In this document: one piece after another, positions 51,040 to 60,545 of the stretch | How the letters are laid out: every line of letters begins with the position of its first letter | Numbering within the stretch: position 1 is the stretch's first letter | DNA from: Nitrosopumilus sp. | GTDB lineage: Archaea; Thermoproteota; Nitrososphaeria; Nitrososphaerales; Nitrosopumilaceae | DNA: 64,000 nt | Reading direction: 5' to 3' | Assembly (NCBI GenBank): GCA_965218695.1 | Contig: OZ244651.1 | Coordinates: 2,144,001-2,208,000, forward strand | Position numbers and translations under genes: made by a program | Notes under the pieces: generated by a model | Told to the model about the DNA's origin: nothing | The model's database searches: none | The model's input: the letters and a program-made list of their open reading frames with translations, nothing else

Positions 51040-52119
51040 ATGAATATGAATCCCCAGCCCTCCATTCTCAGATACACCCCTGCCCTGCACGGCGGCAGAT
51101 ACTCCATAGAGGGAACCGATCACACCACGATAGACTTTAGCTCAAACATTACCCCTCTGGGGACTCCGCAGTCAGTCAGGGCAGCAATCAAGAGGAACAT
51201 CGACAGCATAGCAGAGTATCCTGATCCGGACTCGTCTGCCCTGTTGTCTGATCTTGAGGGGTATACCGGTCTGCCTGCAGCCAACTTGGTTGCAGGAAAC
51301 GGGGCAGTCGAGATAATCCACAACTTTTGTCATGCGTTCCTCTCAAGGAAGATGCGCGTCCTTATGCCTGTTCCAACATTCTCAGAGTACGAGGCCGCAT
51401 CACTCCTGTACAATGCCCGCACCTCCTACTTTGAGACCCTGAACCTCTCTGACTCCATTGATGAGTTCCTTGCCCGTATTCCGGATGGCGGATGCGTCTT
51501 TTTGTGCAACCCAAACAATCCCACCGGGGAACTGCTCCCAAAAAACGACGTACTGTCAGTGGTAAGGCGTGCGCAGGAGGCATCCTCCGTGGTGCTGGTG
51601 GACGAGTGCTTTATCGAGATGGTCGGGTCTGATGAATCCGTCATAGGGCATGTCCAAAGACATGAAAACCTGATGGTGCTGCGTTCCCTGACAAAATCCT
51701 TTGGCATGCCTGGGATCAGAATCGGGTATGTTGCTGCTCCCGTAGAGGTGGCCAAAATCCTGCGGCGTCTCCAGGTTCCGTGGAGCGTCAACTCGCTTGC
51801 ACAGGCTGCCGCACGCGCAGCGCTTGCAGACACGTCACACCTGGCCAAGTCCCGGAAGATCATCCAAAGGGAGTCCAGATACCTAAGGCAGAGGATATCA
51901 AAGATCAGGGATCTTGAGTGTCTTGAGTCGTCTGCAAACTTTATCCTGATCAAGACGGCACGCGACTCCCGTGTACTGCAAAAGATGCTGCTTGCCCGGG
52001 GAATCCTGGTACGCGACTGCAGCAGCTTCCGGGGGATGGGCTCACACCATATACGGATCGCCGTGCGATCCCACGCAGACAACCAGAAGCTGGTCAGTGC
52101 GCTGGAGGCGGTATCATGA
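51040..52119 (+). CDS. cobD: L-threonine-O-3-phosphate decarboxylase (PLP)
   Basis: HGG, DFSSNI.PLG, NPNNPTG and RSLTK; first gene of the cobalamin operon. Confidence 0.82.
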   Translation: MNMNPQPSILRYTPALHGGRYSIEGTDHTTIDFSSNITPLGTPQSVRAAIKRNIDSIAEYPDPDSSALLSDLEGYTGLPAANLVAGNGAVEIIHNFCHAFLSRKMRVLMPVPTFSEYEAASLLYNARTSYFETLNLSDSIDEFLARIPDGGCVFLCNPNNPTGELLPKNDVLSVVRRAQEASSVVLVDECFIEMVGSDESVIGHVQRHENLMVLRSLTKSFGMPGIRIGYVAAPVEVAKILRRLQVPWSVNSLAQAAARAALADTSHLAKSRKIIQRESRYLRQRISKIRDLECLESSANFILIKTARDSRVLQKMLLARGILVRDCSSFRGMGSHHIRIAVRSHADNQKLVSALEAVS

Positions 52120-52955
52120 GATCCCTGATGGTCCAGGGGACGTCCTCAGGTGCAGGCAAGACCACGCTGGTTGCCGCATTCTGCAGGATATTTTCGGATA
52201 TGGGATACAGGGTAGCCCCGTTCAAGTCCCAGAACATGTCATGCCTTTCATACCGCACCCCTGACTTTGAGATATCACGTGCGCAGGCCATACAGGCAGT
52301 GGCTGCAAGGTGTCCGATTACCACTGATCTCAATCCGATCCTGCTCAAGCCAGACGGAGACCAGTCCAGCATGGTATACCTCAACGGCAGGCCCCGCGGC
52401 AGGATGCATGCACAGGAATACTACCACACCTTTGTAAATACAGAAGGGGTCAGAGCCGCCTCCGCCTCGCTTGCAAGGCTGCAAAGGGAGTTTGATCTGG
52501 TGATACTGGAAGGCGCAGGTTCCCCTGCAGAGATCAACCTGCAGAGGTTTGACATTGCCAACATGCGCATGGCATGCAAGGCAAAGGCATGCGTCCTGCT
52601 GGTCTCTGATATTGACAGGGGCGGCTCCTTTGCAAGCCTTGCCGGAACAATGGCCCTGATGAGCCCAAGGCACCGGAGCTTGGTACGGGGCTACATCCTC
52701 AACAAGTTCAGGGGTGATGTTGATGTCCTCAAACCCGGATTCCAAAAGATCAAAAGGATTACCGGGGTGTCGGTAGTCGGCACCGTCCCGCTTATCCGGC
52801 TGAATCTGCCAGAAGAGGACTCGCTGGATTCGAATCCTGAAGAGTTTGTCTGGGATGATACAGGCATTAGTCAGCTTGATGCAGAACTGGACAGACTGGC
52901 CGAAATAATAAAGGAACATGTGGATCTTGTACGAATCAAGAGGATGATACTGTGA
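52116..52955 (+). CDS. cobQ: Cobyric acid synthase, synthetase domain only
   Basis: GTSSGAGKT, PFKSQNMS, EGAGSPAEINL and LPEEDS. Ends at 279 aa. Confidence 0.85.
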   Translation: MRSLMVQGTSSGAGKTTLVAAFCRIFSDMGYRVAPFKSQNMSCLSYRTPDFEISRAQAIQAVAARCPITTDLNPILLKPDGDQSSMVYLNGRPRGRMHAQEYYHTFVNTEGVRAASASLARLQREFDLVILEGAGSPAEINLQRFDIANMRMACKAKACVLLVSDIDRGGSFASLAGTMALMSPRHRSLVRGYILNKFRGDVDVLKPGFQKIKRITGVSVVGTVPLIRLNLPEEDSLDSNPEEFVWDDTGISQLDAELDRLAEIIKEHVDLVRIKRMIL

Positions 52956-53923
52956 TGTTTGAGCCGCTCCTTGTCATGGCAGCTGCCCTTGCAATAGATG
53001 CGGCCATTGGCGATCCCGGAAACAGATACCACCCCACCGCCTGGATGGGCGGAATGATTGCAGCCATTACCATCCGGGCGCGGAGCATTCCTGGCAGACT
53101 CGGCGGCGTTGCAGTGGTGGTGCCGACAGCAGCTGCCGTGACAGTATCAGTAATGATAATACTGTACCTGTTTGATGCAGGCGCATCCGTACTTCCAGAA
53201 TACCTGCAGGTTGTCGCATCCGTACTGTTTGGCGGGATCCTTCTCAAGACGACCCTTGCAGTTAGGGGCATGAAGAGGCATGCCGAGGCGGTGATCGCAT
53301 ACCTAGACCAGGACGACATTGGAGCTGCCAGAATCGGCCTGTCTGCGATAGTAAAGAGGGACACCCGGGACCTGAACAAAAGGCACATCATATCCGGCGT
53401 ACTTGAAAGCATCAGCGAGAATACAGTCGACGGAATTACAGGGCCGCTGTTCTACTATGCCATATTCGGACTGCCCGGTGCCTTTGTGTACCGTGTCATT
53501 AACACTGCCGACTCCATGATAGGATACAGGACCCGCATGTTCCGGGACGTGGGATGGTTTGCAGCGCGGTGCGACACCGTACTCAACTATGTCCCGTCCC
53601 GCCTCACAGGACTGGTCATGGTGGTCTCTGCAGCCCTGTTGCGCTACGACTGGAGGGGGTCCTACTCCACCATGATGCGCGACGGCGCAAAGACTGCAAG
53701 CTCCAACTCAGGATACCCGATGGCGGCCCTTGCAGGCGCCCTCGGGACTCAGTTTGAAAAGGTTGGCCACTACAGCCTGGGAAGCGGGAGCACACACCTG
53801 ACAAGGGAGCATGTGCAGGCTGCAGTGTCCATAATGAGGCTCACCTCCATCCTATTTGTTGTAGTGGTGTCTGCCCCGATTACCACAGCCCTCTTCCTTG
53901 CAGGATGGTGGATTCATGCTTAG
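52952..53923 (+). CDS. cbiB: Adenosylcobinamide-phosphate synthase CbiB
   Basis: GDP...HP, ES.SEN.VDG and NT.DSMIGY. Confidence 0.9.
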   Translation: MMFEPLLVMAAALAIDAAIGDPGNRYHPTAWMGGMIAAITIRARSIPGRLGGVAVVVPTAAAVTVSVMIILYLFDAGASVLPEYLQVVASVLFGGILLKTTLAVRGMKRHAEAVIAYLDQDDIGAARIGLSAIVKRDTRDLNKRHIISGVLESISENTVDGITGPLFYYAIFGLPGAFVYRVINTADSMIGYRTRMFRDVGWFAARCDTVLNYVPSRLTGLVMVVSAALLRYDWRGSYSTMMRDGAKTASSNSGYPMAALAGALGTQFEKVGHYSLGSGSTHLTREHVQAAVSIMRLTSILFVVVVSAPITTALFLAGWWIHA

Positions 53924-54641
53924 GGGGGCAGGCTCGGCCCTCTCGTTTCTGACCATCCTTCCGTCGTCCGGTGGCAGTCTTGAGGAGACTGCAAGGCACA
54001 TGTACCTTTTTCCTGCAGTCGGGGCACTCATCGGAGTGCTTGCCGGCTTACTGGCATTCGGGATGTCACTGTTTCTGGATCCGCTGCTCGTCGGGGTTCT
54101 TGTTGCGGGATTTCTTGCCATAATCACCGGAATCCACCACGCAGATGGCCTGGCAGACTTTGCCGACGGCCTCATGGCAAAAGGCGACAGGAAGCACAAG
54201 CTTGCAGCCATGAAGGACGTCTCGACCGGCTCTGCTGGAACAGTCAGCGTTGTCCTGTACATGGCAGGCCTGATAGCATCTGTATCCCTGGCAGACGGCC
54301 TTGACCTGCTCCGGGCAGTCCTGATAAGCGAGATACTGGCCAAGTTCTCGATGGTACTGATGGCAGGCATTGGCAGTTCTGCAGCATCCGGCTCAAACTC
54401 GCCGTTTCTCCTTGCCATGAAAGACAAGAGGAGGCTTGCAGCCGCATTTGCAATCATGCTGGTGCCTGTGATGATGCTGGGCGGAATCGAGGGACTGCTG
54501 ATGCTTGGCATTGCCATTGCAGTGACGCTGTTCCTCCTAGCAGTCTCCACTAGGAGCTTTGGCGGGATTACCGGGGACGTCCTTGGCGCCTCCAACGAGC
54601 TGACAAGGCTGTCGTGCATGGTGGTGTTTGTATCGGTATGA
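53916..54641 (+). CDS. cobS: Cobalamin synthase
   Basis: FLT.LP, H.DGLADF.DG, MKD...G and GGITGD.LGA. Confidence 0.92.
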   Translation: MLRGAGSALSFLTILPSSGGSLEETARHMYLFPAVGALIGVLAGLLAFGMSLFLDPLLVGVLVAGFLAIITGIHHADGLADFADGLMAKGDRKHKLAAMKDVSTGSAGTVSVVLYMAGLIASVSLADGLDLLRAVLISEILAKFSMVLMAGIGSSAASGSNSPFLLAMKDKRRLAAAFAIMLVPVMMLGGIEGLLMLGIAIAVTLFLLAVSTRSFGGITGDVLGASNELTRLSCMVVFVSV

Positions 54642-55222
54642 TTGGAATCATAATGGCAGGAGGCCGCGGCACCAGGATGAACGCCAAGACTGAGAAACTA
54701 CTCCTCTGCTACAAGAGGCCCGTGGTTGTTCACGTTGCAGACTCTTTGAGAGACTCGGGATGCTTTGAGAGGATCATTGCTGCAACCAGCCCCAACTCAC
54801 CGGATACTAGGAGGCTTCTCGCAGGGCAGGGCATCGAGATCTTTGATACCCCCGGGACTGGATATGCCGGGGATCTGAACCGCGTCCTGAGATCGATTGG
54901 CGGCCTGGCCCTTGTCACCTCAGGCGACCTACCGCTGCTTGACGGCGACATAATACGAAAGATACTCCGGTGCCACACGCCGCAAAGCACATGGACCAGC
55001 ATACTTGTGAGCCAGTCGTTCCTTGGCTCCCTAGGACTGGATGCCGGGGAGCGCATAGAACACGAAGGCAGGATGTGCTGCTACTCTGGAATATCCGTTG
55101 TAAACTCGGACGGGATATCCTCGCTTGAGTCGATACCTGAGAACCGCGTGATAGTTGATGACCGCAGAATAGCATTCAATATCAATACGCCAGAAGACTA
55201 TGACCTACTCGGCGCTGCCTGA
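54638..55222 (+). CDS. cobY: Adenosylcobinamide-phosphate guanylyltransferase CobY
   Basis: MAGGRGTRM..EK, DLP and NINT.ED, in the cobalamin operon. Confidence 0.82.
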   Translation: MIGIIMAGGRGTRMNAKTEKLLLCYKRPVVVHVADSLRDSGCFERIIAATSPNSPDTRRLLAGQGIEIFDTPGTGYAGDLNRVLRSIGGLALVTSGDLPLLDGDIIRKILRCHTPQSTWTSILVSQSFLGSLGLDAGERIEHEGRMCCYSGISVVNSDGISSLESIPENRVIVDDRRIAFNINTPEDYDLLGAA

Positions 55223-55402
55223 GACCCTGCCGTATATGACTGCCTTGGAGCCTGTGGGCTCTGCAAGCACGTTACCGCAGGAGTTGCATGCAACCTGGGT
55301 CGAGGCATGCGAGTACAGTACCTGCTGCTCCTCGCATTCGCCGCATATGACCTTCTGAAACCTGCTGGAAGGCTTTGGAATGTCGATGTGATTCTTCTTC
55401 AT
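55205..55402 (-). CDS. rps27e: 30S ribosomal protein S27e
   Basis: PSSRF.KV.C.EC...C.SCG..L.EPTG.K. Confidence 0.93.
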   Translation of the reverse strand: MKKNHIDIPKPSSRFQKVICGECEEQQVLYSHASTQVACNSCGNVLAEPTGSKAVIYGRVSGSAE

Positions 55403-55680
55403 GTTGCCACCAACTCAAACTTTTTTATCCTGATGCCAGGCTTGTTGAATTTTTTCTTGCATACGGTGCATGTAAGGATCGGCGTGACCTTCTTGGTGAC
55501 CTTGGCAGGCTTGGCCAGCTTTGGGAACTTTTGCCCCCCGTAGCCGTGTTTGCGCTCGGCATGTCTGCGCTCACCCCTGGCAGAACCGCGCCTCTTTCCG
55601 GCCTTGTATATGGAGACTTTTTGTTCCGTGTGCGTCATGCACTTTGAGCAGTACTTCCTTATCATCTTGGGAATGTTCAC
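55399..55680 (-). CDS. rpl44e: 50S ribosomal protein L44e
   Basis: YC.KC..HT and GYGGQ..P...K.TKK. Confidence 0.95.
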   Translation of the reverse strand: MNIPKMIRKYCSKCMTHTEQKVSIYKAGKRRGSARGERRHAERKHGYGGQKFPKLAKPAKVTKKVTPILTCTVCKKKFNKPGIRIKKFELVAT

Positions 55681-55739
55681 ATCAACAAGACCGCCCCATC
55701 CGTAATTTAAGCATTGAATCTAAATAGGAATCATTCGGA

Positions 55740-57518
55740 GTGCATGGTATGGATTCGCGTCTGGCAGACATGTTCCCATCGCTGACAGCAGTGGCCATGG
55801 GGGACAGAAAGGCCGATCTCATATTGAAGGACTGCCGCCTAGTCTCGGTGTACACCCGGGAGATAATCCCCAGGATCCAGATTGCCATATACCGGGACAG
55901 GATTGCATACGTGGGTGATGATGCAGGCCACACGCAGGGCCCTGACACAAAGGTAGTCGATCTTGGCGGCCGGTATGTATGTCCGGGACTTGCAGACCCG
56001 CACCTGCACATAGACCAGTTCGTGCTGCCTTCAGAGTTTGCCCGGATGGCGCTACCCTGCGGCGTCACATCACTCTTCTCGGATCCGATCGATGCTGTAA
56101 GCGTTGCCGGATACAGGGGGTTTGAGGAGTTTCTCCGCCTTGGGGAGGACCTGCCAATCCGGATATTCCAGACGGTTCCAGGCGGCCTTCCAGTTGATCC
56201 AAAGTTCAGCAAGAGTCAGACCATGACCCTGTCTGAGGAGAAGGCCGCCCTCAGGCACCGGCACGTGCTTGGGATGGGGGAGGTATTTTCATGGACCAAG
56301 GTGACCCTTGGCGATTCCCGCACTGCCAGATCCATATCTGCCATGCTTGATAACAACTGCATAATCAACGGGCACACTGCAGGCGCATCCGGAAGAAAGC
56401 TCAATGCGTACGTCGCCTCCGGAATCATCTCGTGCCATGAGCCGATAAACCTTGATCAGACCCTTGAGAGGCTGCGCCTTGGGATGTGGGTGATGATACG
56501 GGAGGGCTCCATAAGGCGCGACCTGAAGGAGATAATCCCTGGCATCCTTGCAGGAAACACGTCCATTGACAGGCTGATGTTCTGCACCGACGGGCTGGAT
56601 CCGGCAGAGATTGCAGGGCATGGCCACATTGACCACTGCATCAGGGAAGCAGTCAGGCTCGGCCTTGATCCAGTAGATGCCATCACCATTGCCTCGCGGA
56701 ACAGCTTTGACTACTACGGCATGGGGCGGGACCTTGGGGGAGTTGCGCCCGGCAGGCTTGCCGACATGGTAGTCTTTGAGGATCTGCAGTCGTTCAGGCC
56801 AGGAATGGTCTTTGTCGGCGGCGTGCTTGTGGCATCTGACGGCAGGATGACGGCACCTGTCAGAAAAAAGAGGATCCCTTCATGGGCGCGCGATACTGTC
56901 CGGCTGGAGAGGCTCTCTGCAGGCGACTTCCGGGTGCGATCAAGAAAGGATGTCACGGCAAACACCATATTCATGATTACCGAGATCGTCACCCGTATTG
57001 GTTCTGCCCGTCTGCCCTCTGACGGTCAGGATGTCGGTGCGTCGCCTGACAAGGACGTATGGAAGGTGGCAGCATTTGACCGGACCCGGGGGACTGGCAG
57101 ACGCTGCGTGGGGTTTCTTGAGAACTTTGGAGCCGAGATCGGCGCTTTTGCCTCCACGTGGAGCTTTCATGAAAACGACATGATAGTGATAGGATCAAAC
57201 GACTCTGACATGGCCGCTGCCGCCAACTGCGTCATCCGGAACAGGGGGGGAATGGCAGTGGCAAAGTCCGGCAGGATTCTTGCCTCGATGCCTTTCCAGT
57301 TTGCAGGCATTGCATCTACGGACCCGTTTGAGAAGGTGCTTGCAAACTTTGAGGGGATAAACCACTCCATTATCGATGCCGGCTGCAAATTTTCCAGGCC
57401 GTGCCTGGTTCCGGTGTTTCTGCCGTTTCTGGCCCTGCCGTCAGTCCGGATACTCTCAGGCGGAATGGTCGATGTAAAGACAAGGCGCTACATCCGGCCC
57501 ATCGCAGAGACCCGCTGA
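55740..57518 (+). CDS. Adenine deaminase-family protein
   Basis: PGL.DPHLHI, GEV, GH, HE, IREGS and CTD, plus the C-terminal adenine deaminase domain. Confidence 0.85.
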   Translation: MHGMDSRLADMFPSLTAVAMGDRKADLILKDCRLVSVYTREIIPRIQIAIYRDRIAYVGDDAGHTQGPDTKVVDLGGRYVCPGLADPHLHIDQFVLPSEFARMALPCGVTSLFSDPIDAVSVAGYRGFEEFLRLGEDLPIRIFQTVPGGLPVDPKFSKSQTMTLSEEKAALRHRHVLGMGEVFSWTKVTLGDSRTARSISAMLDNNCIINGHTAGASGRKLNAYVASGIISCHEPINLDQTLERLRLGMWVMIREGSIRRDLKEIIPGILAGNTSIDRLMFCTDGLDPAEIAGHGHIDHCIREAVRLGLDPVDAITIASRNSFDYYGMGRDLGGVAPGRLADMVVFEDLQSFRPGMVFVGGVLVASDGRMTAPVRKKRIPSWARDTVRLERLSAGDFRVRSRKDVTANTIFMITEIVTRIGSARLPSDGQDVGASPDKDVWKVAAFDRTRGTGRRCVGFLENFGAEIGAFASTWSFHENDMIVIGSNDSDMAAAANCVIRNRGGMAVAKSGRILASMPFQFAGIASTDPFEKVLANFEGINHSIIDAGCKFSRPCLVPVFLPFLALPSVRILSGGMVDVKTRRYIRPIAETR

Positions 57519-57974
57519 TCGTTCCAGCAGGTCTCATCTGGCGTGCCGGCTGACGATTGGCAGTCCAAGCGCGTGTTGCATCTGCGCCAGGATCCAAATC
57601 CGGGCAGCTGCCGAATACATGCCAAACAGAGACGGTTCAACATACAAGAGTGGATGCTAGCCTGACAGCATCCGGTGCAGCATGAGGAGGCCTCCCTGGT
57701 ACACGTCCTCCAGAAATTCCCAGAAGAGCCTTGCAGCCGCGCTGAAGATCAGCGCAGAAAGGATTATCTGCATCTGCCTGCCTTTCAGCCTGCCAGACAG
57801 CCTGACTCCGAGCAGTCCGCCAGCAAACCCTCCTGCCAGCAGCAGTACGGCCTGATACATGTCCGGATGACCAAGCGACCCGTGCACTATTAGCCCTACA
57901 AAGGCGATGACCAGCAGTGCAGGCTGGGACATGACTGCCACCTCCTTCATCTTCATTCCCATGACAAGCACCAT

Positions 57975-59146
57975 AGACATAATCCGTAATTAGAAATTGT
58001 ACATATTTTCCTATACTGTGTAGGTTTTTTGACTCCTATCAGGTTGCTTCCCGGACTAGGAGAACCCTGAGGTTGGCAAATCCGCAGACGATGTCATTGA
58101 CGGTGTCGTATTTTTTCAGGCGGTTTCGGTAGACACCGCTCATTATGCGAAACCGTTTGACCCTGCGGATGGCGTGCTCCACATACACCCGTGCCTTTGA
58201 GTGCTTTTTGTTGAATTCCTTCTGCTCGGGGGACAATTCTGCGCCTTTTTGCTTCTTGTACGGCACTACTGCATCCCGGTCAGGAAATTCTTTGTTGATC
58301 CCCTGGTATCCGTTGTCCAGGATCTCTCTGACTTTGATCCTTTCCTTGTCCTTGCTCCCGTCCTTGCGTGGAAGGTTGTCAGGGAATGTCGGGTGTTTCT
58401 TCTTGAATACTGCAAAGTCGTGGATCCTGCCCGGGGAATGCCGGGTCTTGTGAAGGATGAGGCCGTCCGTGGCCGACGTGTACTGGACCTTGGACGTGTG
58501 CCTGTGTGCCTTGCCCGAGTAGTGGGACCGTTCCATGTCCTTGCGTCCGGGACGCTGTATCTGCTGCTCGGAGGCATCAATCAGGGCAGTCAGGCCAGGA
58601 ATGATCTCCTCAAGATCGTCAAGCGTCTTGGTGGCCTTGATGTTGGCGTAGATCTTTGACGGAAGCGGAACGCACTGCCGGATCGACGGCTCCAGTGCCC
58701 CCATGCTGCGGGACACACTGGCCTGACCCACATGGAACGTCAGGGCAAGAAGATCCTGCGTAGCGTATGTCCTGTAATAAAACAGGACCAGAAGAAACCT
58801 GTTTTTCAGATCCAGTTTCCACCTGCGTCCGGCACCAATGCCGCGCACCCTGCTTCTTTTGGCGAGTCGCTTTTGCTCTGCCTTGGGGTATTTTTTTGCC
58901 AGCCGCCCTGCCACCAAATTAAATTCGGAGACTGTCAGTCCAGTGCACCGGATGAACAGTTTGGGCTTTTTTGCTAATTTGTCGTATAATGACATGCTTT
59001 GACATTGGCAATCAGAATAAAACACGGCTGACGTATAGTTTTGATCATCGGGCAAGTTCGAATTGACATGCAATTCCATGCAGTCAGCCAGATTTGTCCT
59101 GCAATGCGTCCAATCTCGTGATTATGCCCAATTACGGATGATGTCT
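57975..59146 (-). mobile_element. IS5-family element, copy 2, 1172 bp
   Basis: Same TIRs and same transposase sequence as 44411-45582; 3-bp TSD CAT. Confidence 0.92.
58039..58995 (-). CDS. IS5-family DDE transposase
   Basis: Protein identical to the copy 1 transposase. Confidence 0.9.
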   Translation of the reverse strand: MSLYDKLAKKPKLFIRCTGLTVSEFNLVAGRLAKKYPKAEQKRLAKRSRVRGIGAGRRWKLDLKNRFLLVLFYYRTYATQDLLALTFHVGQASVSRSMGALEPSIRQCVPLPSKIYANIKATKTLDDLEEIIPGLTALIDASEQQIQRPGRKDMERSHYSGKAHRHTSKVQYTSATDGLILHKTRHSPGRIHDFAVFKKKHPTFPDNLPRKDGSKDKERIKVREILDNGYQGINKEFPDRDAVVPYKKQKGAELSPEQKEFNKKHSKARVYVEHAIRRVKRFRIMSGVYRNRLKKYDTVNDIVCGFANLRVLLVREAT

Positions 59147-59969
59147 CATGAACGGCACGACGACTACGCCCCCGCCGATTCCAAAAAAGCTGGACACGAT
59201 TCCTGCAGAGATGCTTCCAAGAACCATCATGATTGTCATGAACCGCATCGGGCTGTTCCCCCTCTCCTTCATCTTGCCCCGAAACAGCATATACGCGCTG
59301 ATCGCAAGTATGCTGCCAAGCATGACGTTGAAGAGATCCGATTCTGTATACTCGGCCATCAGCGCTCCGAGGGCCGTACCCGGAATCGACATGAGGCCCA
59401 ACTTTAGTCCAAGGGAGTATTTGATCTTCTTTCTTACTGCGTGGGTGAGTGTGGCTCCGCCAAGGTTGCCAAACGTGCCAAAGAGACTGTTGCTTGCAAT
59501 GAGTGACGGGGGGAATCCGAGAAACGCAAGAACCGGAGATATCATGATTCCGCCGCCAAAACCTACCATAGATCCTGCAGTTCCTGCGCCGAACCCCAAA
59601 AGTATCAGCCACAGGCTCTCCAGCATTGCATTCCTATCGAACACTACTATTAAACTTCGTACAATGGATTCTTTCTGCAAACGGCGTCCTGTTTTTTCAC
59701 GGCAGCACCATGACCTGGCAGTACGTCCCGTGGAAGTCTGACAGTAGGTTCCGGATGGCGGTTCGGCAATATTACACTGCAGGCGCTTTGCAGTATCCGG
59801 CATTATGGGGGATTCATGCGTGGCAGCCAGGTCTGGAAACCGGCAGGATGAACCAGACACCCATGCCGGCTCTCGTCAGAATATGATACGGCAAAACCCG
59901 GATGATCCCTGATTCGTAACAGGCGTGGCATGTGCCTGCTGTATCCCAAAAACCACAAAAAATGTTATG

Positions 59970-60356
59970 CTAGGACTGAGCCGCGTTCTGCCACATTCCG
60001 ATGGTGTTTCCCTCGGTGTCTGATATCTGCGCATAAAATCCGTATTCTCCCACCTGAATCTTTGGCAATACGATCTTGCCTCCTGATACCTCTGCCTTTT
60101 TCAGATGCCCATCAAGCGATTTGACCTTTATGACGATCACCGGTTTCATTTCTGGGTGTTGTCTCTTCATCATGCCGCCGTTTATCGCACCCGGCTGATT
60201 TGGCATCATGGTCTGCGGGTCGGTTTCTGCGGTAATGGCATGGTAGTAGTCCATCTCAGGATCCTTGGCGATCTTCCAGCCAAACAGCTCCTCGTAGAAC
60301 TTTTGCGCCCTGGGTTGGTCATCGTACGGAATTTCAAAATAAGCCACGCTATCCAT
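59970..60356 (-). CDS. VOC/glyoxalase family protein
   Basis: YFEIP.DD..RA..FY..LFGW and DTEGN.IG.W. Confidence 0.88.
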   Translation of the reverse strand: MDSVAYFEIPYDDQPRAQKFYEELFGWKIAKDPEMDYYHAITAETDPQTMMPNQPGAINGGMMKRQHPEMKPVIVIKVKSLDGHLKKAEVSGGKIVLPKIQVGEYGFYAQISDTEGNTIGMWQNAAQS

Positions 60357-60545
60357 ACGGGGTTGCCATGGCAGTCAGAATTTAAATTTTTGTTCAGGCC
60401 GGTTGAGCCCATTCGCCGCCGCCAAAACCAGGCATGGTTTTGCATGATTCGTGCCCAGACAGATCCTGGTTCCGTGCATATGCCCGAACCCTAGACCCTA
60501 GATTGAGTAATATTAAAAAGAGGGACTTTGTGCCCTGAAATCAGA

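Larger units (their letters stand above)
57657..59626 (-). pseudogene. TauE/SafE (TSUP) transporter disrupted by IS5
   Basis: MLESLW...GFGGG...GIGGGVVVVPFM|VLVMGM rejoins in frame at the CAT TSD. Confidence 0.85.

Noticed and set aside
44411-59146. Composite transposon formed by the two IS5 copies
   Set aside because: Each copy has its own matching TSD (CTG and CAT), so they are independent insertions, and the enclosed genes are core housekeeping genes.
60423-60442. Inverted repeat CAAAACCA-GGCA-TGGTTTTG between the VOC and thermosome genes
   Set aside because: A single 8-bp stem with no second instance; could be chance.
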